A program made the position numbers and the translations under genes. Below, piece after piece: positions 7,354 to 7,509 of a DNA stretch of 7,509 nt (position 1 is its first letter; every line of letters begins with the position of its first letter). A model generated the notes under the pieces. That model did no database searches. It saw only the letters and a list, made by a program, of their open reading frames with translations, and was not told the origin of the DNA. The DNA is from a virus (taxonomy: Duplodnaviria > Heunggongvirae > Uroviricota > Caudoviricetes). The stretch lies in IMG/VR virus record IMGVR_UViG_2695420486_000012, one strand, 5' to 3'.

Positions 7354-7443
7354 GCCTAGAAAAAGTATCGGGTGTTGCTGAACCGTGTTGATACATCAAC
7401 TGCACCTGATATTGAGTGGCCTACGAACCCTGTCAGGGAGTAA
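7354..7443 (+). pseudogene. Lambda-Tfa-like 3' fragment fused in frame to the pin remnant, with a TAG at the conserved Trp position
   Basis: Frame reads [28 protein letters not shown], versus lambda Tfa C-terminus [24 protein letters not shown] as recalled. TAG at 7357-7359, final taa at 7441-7443. Confidence 0.6.
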
Positions 7444-7457
7444 TCATTGGGATTATG

Positions 7458-7490
7458 CCGCAGCACGTCTTAAGCAAGAACGTGCTGCGG
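7458..7490 (+). terminator. Stem-loop (11-bp perfect stem) downstream of the tfa-like fragment; possible terminator
   Basis: ccgcagcacgt (7458-7468) pairs with acgtgctgcgg (7480-7490) across an 11-nt loop. A T-run (tatttttt, 7499-7506) follows after an 8-nt spacer, so terminator function is uncertain. Confidence 0.35.
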
Positions 7491-7509
7491 TTGGATGCTA
7501 TTTTTTCCC

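Noticed and set aside
7093-7405. Alternative start at 7093 for pin, and 97-aa antisense ORF 7112-7405
   Set aside because: The invertase family starts at MLIGYVRVS, matching GTG 7117 with an RBS 7 nt upstream. The extra 8 codons from 7093 are not conserved. The antisense ORF only reflects the decayed pin/tfa remnant.
1-7509. CRISPR array, tRNA/rRNA genes, or defence-system genes (restriction, toxin-antitoxin, Abi)
   Set aside because: No regularly spaced direct repeats, no tRNA-like cloverleaf candidates noticed, and every substantial ORF is accounted for by phage tail, IS or invertase functions.

Overview
This window is the distal tail end of a lambdoid prophage (E. coli/Shigella-like), read entirely from sequence and from recalled protein families; no searches were run. 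On the + strand it carries lom, stf (side tail fibre) and tfa (fibre assembly chaperone). On the - strand it carries a promoterless alternative cassette (tfa' and an stf' C-terminal segment), followed by the 5' part of a Pin/Gin-family serine invertase gene. A 26-bp gix/pix-like crossover site inside stf (2598-2623) and an inverted copy just upstream of pin (7037-7062) delimit a ~4.4-kb invertible host-range segment of the Mu G / P1 C / e14 P type. The module is heavily decayed. A 1264-bp IS3-family element (IS600-like) sits between the convergent tfa genes with no target-site duplication and with ~258-bp imperfect direct repeats on either side. pin is stopped by an in-frame TGA after codon 60 and its 3' part is replaced by a lambda-Tfa-like 3' fragment. 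stf' carries an in-frame TAG with conserved coding sequence continuing behind it. I find no evidence of a previously undescribed system (no CRISPR array, no reverse transcriptase/DGR, no toxin-antitoxin or restriction signatures). The interesting content is a known-class tail-fibre inversion switch that is rearranged and apparently locked.
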